From Candidatus Pacearchaeota archaeon (GTDB lineage Archaea; Nanobdellota; Nanobdellia; Pacearchaeales; GW2011-AR1), in assembly GCA_038740375.1 (NCBI GenBank), contig JAVYLW010000003.1, positions 4,545 through 68,544 on the forward strand: DNA of 64,000 bases, written 5' to 3'. How positions within the stretch are numbered: position 1 is the first letter of the stretch; each line of letters opens with the position of its first letter. Shown in pieces: positions 1-9,566 of this stretch. A program made the position numbers and the translations under genes. The notes below the pieces were generated by a model. That model was not told the DNA's origin and did not search any database. It saw only the letters and a program-made list of their open reading frames with translations.

Positions 1-1
1 A

Positions 2-166
2 TATAGATTAACTAAAAATTTTTCAGATAATAAAATTGGAGATGGTTTATCTAATGGAGATTCTGTATATTTTAAATTCTTTTTATCAGCACCAGCAGGT
101 CAGCCAGCAGGTTATTATAATAATACAATAATGTTTAAGCTTGTAAGTCATGGAAAAAATCCTTAA
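2..166 (+). CDS. 3' end of a secreted-protein gene (5' part lies outside the window); paralog of the next gene
   Basis: Frame 2 is open from the window edge to TAA at 164-166. The tail ...GDSVYFKFFLSAPAGQPAGYYNNTIMFKLVSHG aligns with the C-terminus of the 371-997 product (...GDNVYFRFWLDIPAATPAGSYNNTIYFKGVQNG). It is absent from the ORF track because there is no start in the window. Confidence 0.6.
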   Translation, partial: YRLTKNFSDNKIGDGLSNGDSVYFKFFLSAPAGQPAGYYNNTIMFKLVSHGKNP

Positions 167-370
167 ATATTAAATTGTTAAAAAATCAGATTTACCTTTG
201 TTTCATTGAAATAATAAGTTTGTGCTTTTTAAAATTAGAGAAAAATTATCTGCCAACAAATTTTTTCAAGTAAAAGTTGTAATAAATTTGTAGAATGAGT
301 CACAGGGTAGAGATTAATATATAATTTTTTGTTGAGAAATGTTTATAAATAGAAATTTCATTTATTTTAA

Positions 371-997
371 ATGAAAAAAGAGCGTTATTTTAAAGAAAAT
401 ATTTTAATAATAGTATTCTCAATATTATTTGGATTTTCATTATTAATGATTTTTATACAAGAGATTTCTCTTCAGGAGACTATAACAGGTCATGCAACAG
501 AAATTTATACTGTTTCAAATGTTTCAATATCGAGTTTTTTGTCTATTGACATGTCTCCTAATTTAACTGCTGGAATATTATTTGGAACTGTTAGTAACTT
601 GCCTGCTACAAATGTTAATGCAACTCATAATTATGATAGCGGTGAAAGTCCTCCAAATCAAAGTTCTATGTTTCTAAATGTTTCGTTAGATTCAAATACT
701 GCTGTTGATTTTTGTATTAAGGCAAATGACGATTTAGTTGACAGTGTTGGAGGCAATAGGATAGGAATAGATAATGAAACTTATTCTAACTCTTCAGTAA
801 ATAATTTAACTTTTCCATCTTTATCTAATGAAAAAAGTATTAATCATTCATATGTTAAATCAGCTATTAATGTTGAGAAAGGAGATAATGTTTATTTTAG
901 GTTTTGGTTAGATATTCCTGCTGCAACTCCTGCAGGAAGTTATAATAATACTATATATTTTAAAGGAGTACAAAATGGAAGTTCGTGTGGAAGCTAA
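371..997 (+). CDS. Secreted or anchored hypothetical protein (208 aa), tandem paralog of the upstream partial gene
   Basis: ATG-led ORF with an N-terminal hydrophobic segment (ILIIVFSILFGFSLLMIF). The C-terminal motif is shared with the 2-166 fragment. No enzyme motif recognised. Confidence 0.7.
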   Translation: MKKERYFKENILIIVFSILFGFSLLMIFIQEISLQETITGHATEIYTVSNVSISSFLSIDMSPNLTAGILFGTVSNLPATNVNATHNYDSGESPPNQSSMFLNVSLDSNTAVDFCIKANDDLVDSVGGNRIGIDNETYSNSSVNNLTFPSLSNEKSINHSYVKSAINVEKGDNVYFRFWLDIPAATPAGSYNNTIYFKGVQNGSSCGS

Positions 998-998
998 A

Positions 999-1679
999 AT
1001 GAAAAATAAATTAATTTTTTATATAATAATTATTGCATTTATTTTTTTAGTAGTTTTACCTAAATTTGTTTTTGCAGGTGTTGGTTTGAAATGGGATCAG
1101 CAATCTGCACTTATTGATGAAGGAAAAAAAACTTGTTTATCATATTCTGTATATAATCCTTGGCCTACAGATACAAATATTAAAGTTGATTTATCTGAAA
1201 ATTTAAAGTCTATTTTGATAATGCAAGAGTCTGAAACAAAATTTGTTCCTGCATATACTTCAAGTAATGAGTCAATACCTATAAAGTTTTGTTTTAAAGC
1301 TCCGAAAGTATATAAAAAAGATTGTTTAATTGGAAATTTATTATGTGAACAAAAATGTAACGAAGAGATGAAAGAGTATAATGGAGAAGTTATTGCAAGT
1401 TCAGTTCCTTTTGCAGCTCCTTCAGGAGGTTCTGGAGGTTCTGCAACAAGAATGGTTGTCGGAGCTCCACTTTCTATTAGAATAAAATGTATACCTAGCT
1501 CAAGAGACTTTACTTTAATCTATATATTAATAGCTGTAATATCTGTTTTAGTTATAGCATTATTACTTTATAAAAAATATAGAAAACCATCATTAGAAAG
1601 AGATAAAGAAAAACTAAAAGCATTAAAAGAAAAAATTAGAAAAGAAATTTTAAAGGACAAATCTAAAAAGAAAAGATAA
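999..1679 (+). CDS. Surface protein with signal peptide and C-terminal TM anchor plus Lys-rich tail
   Basis: The track ORF starts at 975, but the signal peptide MKNKLIFYIIIIAFIFLVVLPKFVFA starts at ATG 999, directly after the upstream stop. The C-terminal TM is LIYILIAVISVLVIALLLY, followed by a KKYRKPS...KSKKKR tail. Confidence 0.7.
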   Translation: MKNKLIFYIIIIAFIFLVVLPKFVFAGVGLKWDQQSALIDEGKKTCLSYSVYNPWPTDTNIKVDLSENLKSILIMQESETKFVPAYTSSNESIPIKFCFKAPKVYKKDCLIGNLLCEQKCNEEMKEYNGEVIASSVPFAAPSGGSGGSATRMVVGAPLSIRIKCIPSSRDFTLIYILIAVISVLVIALLLYKKYRKPSLERDKEKLKALKEKIRKEILKDKSKKKR

Positions 1680-2108
1680 AATTTATTGTATAAAATATAA
1701 AAATTATAATTAATTTTAAATAATAATCTTTTTTAAATATAGATCTTTAAAGGTATTAATTTAATTATTAGAATTTTTTAATTTATGATAATAGATTTAT
1801 GCTGATATGTTTATATGATGAATTACATAATATCTAGTTTTATATTTTTTAAAACTTTTTGTATTTTGATTTCGTTGCGATTGCGCAGGATTTATTATTT
1901 TATCGTCTAATATTTTAATATTTTAGACAAAACAGTAAAAGTTCTTATAATTTTTTTTATCGTCGATAATTCTCTTTCTTATCCTTCATTGATGCAAGAG
2001 AACCTGTATTTTAATAAAATGTTAATAATTTTAAATCTAAATGCTATTGTTATATAATTTAGAACAATTTTTAGAAAGTTATTAATAATCTAAATTTTTA
2101 ATTCTTTT

Positions 2109-3617
2109 ATGAACAGAATAATAAAAAAAGAGTGTGGTGAAATTAACAATTTATGTTTCATATTTTTAATAGTTTTTGCTGGAATTTGTTTTACTTTTTT
2201 TAGCTTGAGACTATCTGGTTTTGCAATAGAACAAGTTTTTTCTACGAATTCTTCAATAATTGTTGATCCTGGAATAAGGGTTATTTATAATACTTTTAGT
2301 GGTTCAACTACTGATTTTTTAAGAATGAGCGATATTCAACTTTCTAATATTTCAAATATGACTTTGGAGAATATTTTTGGAAAAATTGTTTTTAGAGAAA
2401 ATATAAATTTGACAAAAGATTCTGTAAATAATGTAATTAATCTTGATGATAATGTTAAAATATATCATAGAGGAATTACAATAAATACCTTAAGTCTTTC
2501 TAGTATGTTAAAACAATCAAGAATTTATTTTAAAGGAATAAGTTTAAATTCACCTTTTATTTATGTTGATGATGATCCTTGTTATAATTGCAGTATTTTA
2601 AGTTATTCAAATGCTGTTTTAGTAGTAGATGCCCCTGAATTTTCGAAGATAGAAATTTTTGAAACTCCTTTTTGTGGTGATTTTGTTTGTCAAGCTTTTA
2701 GAGGAGAGACTTGTGTTACTTGTCCGCAGGATTGTGGGTATTGTCCACCTCCTTCAGGTCCTCCTTCAGGAGGAGGTGTTGCAGTGCCTGGAGTAGAAGG
2801 TGGAGGTGCTGGAAGTTCTGGAGAAGGTATTTCAGCTGGAGGACAGATATTAGGTGTAACTCAAGAACAAGCAAAAGAAAGTTTTTTTAATATAAATCCT
2901 AATTTTATAAAAATTACTTTAGTTCAAGGTGAAGCTAAAAAAGAAACTTTAAAAATTACAAATACAGGAAAAAATAATATAGATATCATCCTAAATTCAG
3001 AAATTTTCGGAAAATTTGTAAATGTATCTGAAATTTCTTTTAATATAAAAGCTGGAAAAACAAAAGAAATTGAATTGTATTTTTATGCAGAAGAAAATGT
3101 AAAACCTGATATTTATATTGAAAAAATTACTATAGAAAGTGCTGATAAATCTAAGAATTTTGTGGTTATACTTGAAATAAAAGAGAAAAAACCTTTATTT
3201 GATATTAAAGTGTGGTTAAATAAAAAATCAGTATATCCTAAAGAAAAAATAACTGCTACAAACGAGATAAAAAATTTAGGAGAATTAAAAAATATAGATG
3301 TTGAGCTTTATTATGGGATTAAAAATTTTAATAATGATATATTATATTATAGGCAAGAAAGTTTAGCAATTCAAGATAAATTAAATGTTATTAGAGAAAT
3401 TGAAATTCCTGAATACCTAAGACCTGGAAATTATATATTTTATTCAAAAGTTACTTATGGCAAAATTAGTGCTTATGCTTCAGAACAATTAAATATCAAA
3501 GAAATTGAAGAACCTTTAATTAAAATTAATACTTTTACATCTGGAATAATAATATCTATAATTTTAATAATTATTATAATAATCACTCTGGTAAAATTAA
3601 AGAGAAGAAGATTTTAA
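2109..3617 (+). CDS. Anchored surface protein with a Cys-knot module, Pro/Gly linker and beta-sandwich-like repeats
   Basis: 502 aa with an N-terminal TM. Module FCGDFVCQAFRGETCVTCPQDCGYC is followed by PPPSGPPSGGG. Segments like LKITNTGKNNIDIILNS are typical of adhesion-type beta-sandwich domains. C-terminal TM plus KLKRRRF. Confidence 0.75.
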   Translation: MNRIIKKECGEINNLCFIFLIVFAGICFTFFSLRLSGFAIEQVFSTNSSIIVDPGIRVIYNTFSGSTTDFLRMSDIQLSNISNMTLENIFGKIVFRENINLTKDSVNNVINLDDNVKIYHRGITINTLSLSSMLKQSRIYFKGISLNSPFIYVDDDPCYNCSILSYSNAVLVVDAPEFSKIEIFETPFCGDFVCQAFRGETCVTCPQDCGYCPPPSGPPSGGGVAVPGVEGGGAGSSGEGISAGGQILGVTQEQAKESFFNINPNFIKITLVQGEAKKETLKITNTGKNNIDIILNSEIFGKFVNVSEISFNIKAGKTKEIELYFYAEENVKPDIYIEKITIESADKSKNFVVILEIKEKKPLFDIKVWLNKKSVYPKEKITATNEIKNLGELKNIDVELYYGIKNFNNDILYYRQESLAIQDKLNVIREIEIPEYLRPGNYIFYSKVTYGKISAYASEQLNIKEIEEPLIKINTFTSGIIISIILIIIIIITLVKLKRRRF

Positions 3618-3625
3618 TTTTGCAA

Positions 3626-4102
3626 ATGAGAAAGAAAATTTTTTTTATTCTATTAATATTCTTTTTTATTATTTTAATGTTAATTTTTATTTTATGGATA
3701 TTTTATAATCTTTATTTAAATGAAAAAAATAATAAAAATAATTTTTCCAAGGTATGTATTAAAAATAAATGTATAAATGTTGAGATAGCAAATACAACAG
3801 AATCTTTGGAAAGAGGTCTTATGTATAGAGATAGTTTATGTGAAAATTGTGGTATGTTATTTGTTTTTAATAAAGAAGGAATATATTATTTTTGGATGAA
3901 AAATACAAAAATACCTTTAGATATAATTTGGATAAATAATAAAAATAAGATTGTTGAAATAATTACTGCAGAACCTTGTGTTGAAGAAATTTGCAGAACC
4001 TATTTTTCAAATAATTCTGCAATTTATGTTTTGGAAGTAAATTCTGGATTTGCAAAAAGAAACTCTATAAAAATAGGAGATTATGTATATATAAAAATTT
4101 AA
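3626..4102 (+). CDS. DUF192 (COG1430) family protein with N-terminal membrane anchor
   Basis: ERGLMYR...CGMLFVF...FWMKNTKIPLDIIWI matches the DUF192 signature as I recall it. The track start (TTG 3620) is replaced by ATG 3626. Confidence 0.7.
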   Translation: MRKKIFFILLIFFFIILMLIFILWIFYNLYLNEKNNKNNFSKVCIKNKCINVEIANTTESLERGLMYRDSLCENCGMLFVFNKEGIYYFWMKNTKIPLDIIWINNKNKIVEIITAEPCVEEICRTYFSNNSAIYVLEVNSGFAKRNSIKIGDYVYIKI

Positions 4103-4129
4103 TATTATAACATTTTACTATTTTTCAGA

Positions 4130-4586
4130 TTATTTTAACAAATAATCTTTATTTTTCTTTTTTGATAATACTTCTAGATAATTTGTTGATTCAATGTAAT
4201 CTTTAGAAAAAATTATAGGTATATTATCTTTTAATAAAATAGATATTATTTTTCCATATAAAATATTTTTATTAATATTAACTTTGATATCTGAAAATTT
4301 TCCTTCTATTAAGAGTATCTTTTTATCTACTTTTTTTAAATTATTTATTTGATTATCTAGTCTTTTTGATGTGAGTGAATTAACAAAATCATTTATTTCT
4401 TTTCTTTCTATTATAACATTATTTACTATATAGTCTCCTATTTTTAAGTATTTTAAACAAATGTCGATATTTCTTTTTTTTAATTCTGCAGGAATTAAAC
4501 AATTTTTTTCATGAATATCTATAATAATTTTATTTTTTTTTATTTTTTATTCGTTTTTTTGTTTTTTTAAAAATATTATGAAACAT
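4130..4586 (-). pseudogene. ERCC4/XPF-type nuclease domain gene (Hef nuclease half), frame broken at a 9-nt homopolymer; no start codon in the nuclease frame
   Basis: The minus-strand frame is open over 4130-4546 and encodes ...IIIDIHEKN...LKIGDYIVNNVIIERKEINDFVNSLTSKRLDNQ (ERCC4 GDY...ERK...D..S motifs) but contains no Met. ATG at 4586 opens MFHNIFKKTKKRIKNKKK and stops at 4532-4530. Removing one T from the T9 run at 4533-4541 joins the two frames. Confidence 0.7.
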
Positions 4587-4598
4587 TATTAATACTGT

Positions 4599-6239
4599 TT
4601 ATTTTTTAAAAATATCAAATAACTTTTTTTGTTTATTGTTTTTTTCTTTTATTAAATCTTCTTCTTCAATTTTTTTTTCTTCTGAATATTTTTCATAATT
4701 ATTTTCATCTATTTTTATTTTGTTTTCTAATTCTTGTTTTATAGAATGAATTGCGCGATGCATTTTTCTTTCTTTTCCAATTGATGCATAATAATAAGCT
4801 TGGTCTAATGTATCTATTGTCATTAAAATTATGAGTTTTCCTTTCATTAATCTTGCTGTTCTTCCTGCTCTTTGTATTCTTCTTATAGCGCTTGGTATTG
4901 GTTCATAAAATATAACTGAGTTTACTTCTGGAATATCAAGCCCTTCTTCTCCTATACTAGTTGCTACAATAACATTTATTATTCCATTTTTAAAATCTTC
5001 AATTATTTTTTGTTGTTCTTTTTGAGATAGTCCTGTTTTTCTTTTTTTTGATTGTCCTATGAAAATACTTGCCTTTATATTAGGTATCTTTTTTATTTCA
5101 TTTGTTATTTTTAATGCAGTTTCTCTGTATTGTGTAAAAATAATTGATTTATTCTTAGGATTTTCTAATATATCTTTTTCTATTATTTTTATAAGCTCAT
5201 TAATTTTAGGATGTTCTATATTTTTTGAAACAAGCTCATTTAGAATAATATATGCTTTGTTAAATTCTTGATTTTTTGTTAATTGTTTTACTGCTTTTGA
5301 TTTGTTTTTATTTGCTTGTTCATATAAATCTTTTATATAACATAATGAAGAATGAAGGGTTTGGGTTTCTATTAATTCAATAAGATGAGATATTTTTATT
5401 GCTTGAGAACATGCGCTTGCTCCTGATAAAATGTTGAAATGTTTGTTACCTAATGAAGCTTGTTCTATAAGACTTGATTGTAGTTTTAATAAATTTATTT
5501 TTGTTGGAGGTTGAAATAGAAGTTTTCTGTTTTTTAGTTCTTCAATTTTTTTTTCAAAAATTTTTTTTATTATTTCAACAACTTTTTTTATATCTTCAGT
5601 AAGTTCTAACTTAACAACACTAAACTCCAATTCTTGCAAGTATTCTTTTACATCAGGGCTTTCTCTTGTTCTTAATTCTATTGCTTCAATATTTAAACTT
5701 TTAGCAATCTGTTCTATTGTTTTTTTATCTGTTCCAGGGCTTGCAGTCATTCCTATAATTCTTAGATTTTTTGCTTGTTCTTTATATTTTTCAGCTATAT
5801 AAGTATAAGCATAATTTTTTAAACAACGATGACATTCATCTTCAATTAATAAAGATACATCTTCTAAAGTGTATAGATTATTTTTTAGGTCATTTTGAAT
5901 ACATTGAGGAGTGGAAAATATTATGTCTGACTTTTCCCAAAGTTCTTTTCTTTTTTTTGCAATTGTCTTTCCTGTAAACAGAGTCATTTCAGCAAATAGT
6001 TCTGGAAGATGTTTTGTAAAATATTTTAAATGTTGTTCTGCTAAAGGTCTTGTTGGAGCTAAGAATAATACTTTTGTTTTTGGGTACTTTTTTTGTCTTT
6101 GTATAGTGAGCATTAATGCTATTAAAGTTTTACCAATACCTGTAGGCAATATTATTAAACAATTTTTTTCTACGCAAGTATTATATATATCTTCTTGATA
6201 TTTTCGAGGTTTTATTTTTTTGAGAATTTCTTGAAACAT
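4599..6239 (-). CDS. hef: Hef/FANCM-like superfamily 2 helicase (helicase half only)
   Basis: 546 aa. Walker A LPTGIGKT, DEAH-type box IEDECHR, motif VI QRAGRTAR, and an inserted helical domain between the two RecA lobes as in archaeal Hef. Ends in a Lys/Glu-rich linker-like tail. Confidence 0.85.
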   Translation of the reverse strand: MFQEILKKIKPRKYQEDIYNTCVEKNCLIILPTGIGKTLIALMLTIQRQKKYPKTKVLFLAPTRPLAEQHLKYFTKHLPELFAEMTLFTGKTIAKKRKELWEKSDIIFSTPQCIQNDLKNNLYTLEDVSLLIEDECHRCLKNYAYTYIAEKYKEQAKNLRIIGMTASPGTDKKTIEQIAKSLNIEAIELRTRESPDVKEYLQELEFSVVKLELTEDIKKVVEIIKKIFEKKIEELKNRKLLFQPPTKINLLKLQSSLIEQASLGNKHFNILSGASACSQAIKISHLIELIETQTLHSSLCYIKDLYEQANKNKSKAVKQLTKNQEFNKAYIILNELVSKNIEHPKINELIKIIEKDILENPKNKSIIFTQYRETALKITNEIKKIPNIKASIFIGQSKKRKTGLSQKEQQKIIEDFKNGIINVIVATSIGEEGLDIPEVNSVIFYEPIPSAIRRIQRAGRTARLMKGKLIILMTIDTLDQAYYYASIGKERKMHRAIHSIKQELENKIKIDENNYEKYSEEKKIEEEDLIKEKNNKQKKLFDIFKK

Positions 6240-6337
6240 TCTATGATTTTATTTAAAATTTAATAAATATAAAAGATTTTTGTTGTTACTTTGATTTTTA
6301 TCTTTAAACTTTTAGAAATTAATTAATTTAAAAATAA

Positions 6338-7027
6338 TTATAAAAAAACTATAAAAGATATTGCTAAGGTTATTAATGTTATTATTAATAAGAGGATCCA
6401 ATTAATCAGACTTCCAAAAAATATTTTAGTTCCGTCTAATCCTCCGAATGGAATCAAGTTCCACAAAACATAGTATAAAGGAAATCTTGCTAACTCTTTG
6501 AAATTTAATAAAATTCCGATTATTGAAAGCCCTATAAGTGCATATCCTGACCAAGCTATTACAAATGCGGGATCGTATTCATTTATTTCTGATTTTCTTA
6601 TTCTTCCTCTATGTTTTTGAATTCTTCTTTCAGGATAGTTTTTATAATTAAATTGCAAGAATGTTAAAGGTTTAATATAACTGAGAGAAAATAAAGTAAT
6701 AAAAAAAGGAAAAACTATTCCAATTGGAAAAGGTTTTTTAAAATGAGATCTTGAATAATAACTCCATCTATAAATTTTCCAAGTTTCAAATTCTATTCTT
6801 ATATCATAGTAATAAGATGCTATTTTTTTTACAGTTATACTTGTAAAGATGATAAGTATTGGAACTAAAAGAATGAATGGATTTTTTAAATTTATTATTA
6901 ATTTTTCATTTTTGTCAATATCTAATGTAATTATAAATTCAAAAATAATAATCATTAATATTATCCAAACTATCTCTTTATTTGTAAAATATATAAATCT
7001 ATTTGTACCTATTTTTTTTCTATTCAT
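6338..7027 (-). CDS. Polytopic membrane protein, site-2-protease (M50)-like C-terminus but no HExxH
   Basis: 229 aa with several TM segments. NLIPFGGLDGTKIF resembles the M50 NxxPxxxLDG motif. No HExxH is present anywhere in the ORF. Confidence 0.45.
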   Translation of the reverse strand: MNRKKIGTNRFIYFTNKEIVWIILMIIIFEFIITLDIDKNEKLIINLKNPFILLVPILIIFTSITVKKIASYYYDIRIEFETWKIYRWSYYSRSHFKKPFPIGIVFPFFITLFSLSYIKPLTFLQFNYKNYPERRIQKHRGRIRKSEINEYDPAFVIAWSGYALIGLSIIGILLNFKELARFPLYYVLWNLIPFGGLDGTKIFFGSLINWILLLIITLITLAISFIVFL

Positions 7028-7361
7028 GATTTTAATAAAATTCTTATTTATATAAATTTTTTCTAAAAATTATTTATATTTTTTAAATAATATTATACAA
7101 TTTTAATACATATTTTATTAAGGCAGAATTTTCAAGTTTACAAGTTGAAAAATTAAAGTTAGATTATAAAAAATTAGATAAAAAATAAATACTTTTAATT
7201 TATTTTGTTAATTTGTTAATTAATTCTCCTTACTTTTTTAAGATATAAAAAATTAATAGAGTTTGTGAAATTAAAAAAAATAGATTTTGAAGTATATTTT
7301 AAAGATATAGAAAAGTATATAAACTAATTACTTATTTTTTTTATATAAAAATTTTGATAAG

Positions 7362-7667
7362 ATGTTAAAAATTAAAAAAATTACAGACGTTATTGGAAAA
7401 AAAGTTTATACAGACACAGGAGATTATTTTGGAGAAATTGAAGAATCTAATCTTTTAGAGAATAAAGTTGAAAGTTGGAGAATTAAGGTTGCTAGTTCAA
7501 TGTCTAATTTTCTTGGAGGTGCAAGAGGTGTTATAATTCCTCATCAATTTGTAAGAGCTGTTGGAGATATTGTTATTATAAGTAGAGCTAATTTACCTTT
7601 AGATGAAGAATCTGATGTAGAAGATACTGTAGATCTTTCAGCTGAAGAAAAAGAGGCTGATTCTTAA
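7362..7667 (+). CDS. PRC-barrel domain protein with acidic tail
   Basis: 101 aa. The pattern DVIGKKVYTDTGDYFGEIEE...W.I is typical of PRC-barrel proteins. The gene ends 4 nt before the next gene. Confidence 0.65.
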   Translation: MLKIKKITDVIGKKVYTDTGDYFGEIEESNLLENKVESWRIKVASSMSNFLGGARGVIIPHQFVRAVGDIVIISRANLPLDEESDVEDTVDLSAEEKEADS

Positions 7668-7671
7668 AAAG

Positions 7672-8172
7672 ATGGCTGAACAACCTTTTTTGATATCAGG
7701 GTTTTTTTTATATTATGCCTTGCCATTTGCGCTTATTTTTACTTTAATATTTGCTATTTTACAAAAAACAAAACTTTTAGGTGAAGGTAAAAAGCAGATT
7801 GATGCTATTGTTGGACTAATTGTTGGACTTGTTCTTGTATCTACTCCTTTTGCTAGAGATATGGTTTTAAAATTAATGCCATTCTTAGCAGTGTTTGCAG
7901 TGATACTCTTAGTTTTTATGATATTATATGGTTTTATTTCTGGAAAAAAAGATGGAGATATTTTAAGTAAGGGATGGAAATATTTTTTTATTGGAGTATT
8001 AGCTATATCTTTAATCATTGCACTTTTAGTTATATCTAATTATTGGGAACCTCTATATGATCTTCTTGTTAATAGTCCTGGAAGTTCCAGTATATGGTTT
8101 AATGCACTTCTTATTGCAGTAATTATTGGAGCTTTAGTTGCTGTTTTAGTAGGAAAAGATAAAAGTAGTTAG
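7672..8172 (+). CDS. Integral membrane protein, paralog family A (member 1)
   Basis: 166 aa, 4-5 TM. The N-terminal motif LPFALIFTLIFAILQKTKLLGEG is shared with the 9567 and 10073 products. Confidence 0.7.
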   Translation: MAEQPFLISGFFLYYALPFALIFTLIFAILQKTKLLGEGKKQIDAIVGLIVGLVLVSTPFARDMVLKLMPFLAVFAVILLVFMILYGFISGKKDGDILSKGWKYFFIGVLAISLIIALLVISNYWEPLYDLLVNSPGSSSIWFNALLIAVIIGALVAVLVGKDKSS

Positions 8173-8315
8173 AAAGATTATTTATAAGATAATAATTTTT
8201 TAAGAAATTATATACCTTAAAATTAAAAAATGAGGATATTTTAATTTTATATATTATATAATAAATTATCGAATGAAAAAAATTAATTAATTATATTTTA
8301 TTTATTATTTTTATT

Positions 8316-8966
8316 TTAGATTTCTCCTTTAAATCTTTTAAGATAATTATTACAAAAACAATAAACTGCATAGGCAAATAGAATTCCAGATAAAATATCA
8401 ATACTATAATGTCCTCTAGATAAAAAAAGTGCTATAATCATTATTATACTAAAAAATAAAATTGTATATCTAGCAATTCCTTTTGTAAAAAGAAAATATA
8501 ATGTTAAGTTTCCTGTGTGGCCTGAAGGATAAACTCCTAATTCATATTTTGAAAAACCATTAAAAATAGATTCACTTCCGTTAAAATGAGGAGGATTTCC
8601 AATAGGTGTTAGTATTATAAATATTCCTCTAATAAGTTCAAAAATTCCTATTGTTATCATAAAAAAAGGTATTTTTTTGTATTCTTTTTTATTAATTATA
8701 TAAATTAAAAAAATAATAAAAGAAAAAAACGCTATCCAGTCATATAACCAAGAAACGTTATAATAAGGAATATTATCTAAGATAAGATCTGATAATGAAG
8801 GTAATTTTTTACCGTTATCTAAACTTTTATATAAATAGGTCTGAGAAAAAAAATTAGACGATATTCCTATAAAAAGTATAAAAAAAGAAATATAAAAATA
8901 TTTATTTTTGAACAACAAAAAAAGTTCTTTAATTTCATTTTTTTTAATTAAATCGTATATTGACAC
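8316..8966 (-). CDS. PAP2 / sphingomyelin-synthase-like lipid phosphotransferase family membrane protein
   Basis: 216 aa polytopic protein. SGHTGN and SRGHYSIDILSG resemble the C2/C3 motifs of the PAP2 superfamily. Confidence 0.5.
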   Translation of the reverse strand: MSIYDLIKKNEIKELFLLFKNKYFYISFFILFIGISSNFFSQTYLYKSLDNGKKLPSLSDLILDNIPYYNVSWLYDWIAFFSFIIFLIYIINKKEYKKIPFFMITIGIFELIRGIFIILTPIGNPPHFNGSESIFNGFSKYELGVYPSGHTGNLTLYFLFTKGIARYTILFFSIIMIIALFLSRGHYSIDILSGILFAYAVYCFCNNYLKRFKGEI

Positions 8967-9566
8967 TTTTAAAAAATTTTTTTTAATTTATAAATATAGT
9001 GGAACTATTTATTATAATGGAAAATAATATAATCCTAAATCAATAGGTATAATTTATACATATCATAATTTATATACAACTGTAATTTATAAATAATTAT
9101 ATATCTAAGAATAAAAACAAAAAATAAATTACTTACAGATTTATAATTAATGACATCTAAATATAGTTTTATTTTTATTTTTTAAATTCCTATCAAATAT
9201 TTCCAAAATTCTTTCATTATCTTTTTAAGTTTTCGCTTCTAATAATTTTCTACTACTAATTTTGTTAATTAAATATCAACTATTTTTTTAAAAAGTATGT
9301 ATAATTTATATTTTTTGTAAATTACTCACTCTTATATCCTGTCTATTAGTATCAGATTATTTTTTAAATTGTTTTTATAATTATTAATTACAAAAGTTAA
9401 AAAATCTAGTAATTCTAAAATTTAAATATAAAAAACTATTTTAATTATAATATTTTTTCGTTTTATAAATTATAACACGAATAATAAAATAAACTTTTAT
9501 TATTTTCATAATAGAAATATATTTAAAGAAAAAATATTTGATATATCTAATAAAAAAAGGGTTAAT

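Noticed and set aside
371-997. Very high density of N-x-S/T sequons, suggesting heavy N-glycosylation
   Set aside because: Asn (AAT), Ser and Thr codons are strongly favoured by the extreme A+T content. Sequon density therefore cannot be interpreted without a composition-corrected test. It is plausible for a surface protein but not evidence by itself.
1895-1975. Imperfect palindrome GTCTAATATTTTAATATTTTAGAC and a duplicated TTATCGTC word upstream of gene 2109
   Set aside because: The stems are 6 bp or shorter and mostly A/T. Such matches are expected by chance in this composition, so I do not call an operator or an RNA.
5059-6198. Three plus-strand ORFs (5059-5271, 5771-5977, 5911-6198)
   Set aside because: They are antisense to the well-supported Hef helicase gene. 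Their hydrophobic, low-complexity translations are typical of shadow frames in AT-rich DNA.
8967-9566. A 600-bp gene-free AT-rich spacer, examined for ncRNA or small ORFs
   Set aside because: It has no G+C-elevated core, no convincing hairpins, and no ORF with an RBS. TATA-like words are too frequent in this DNA to call promoters reliably.
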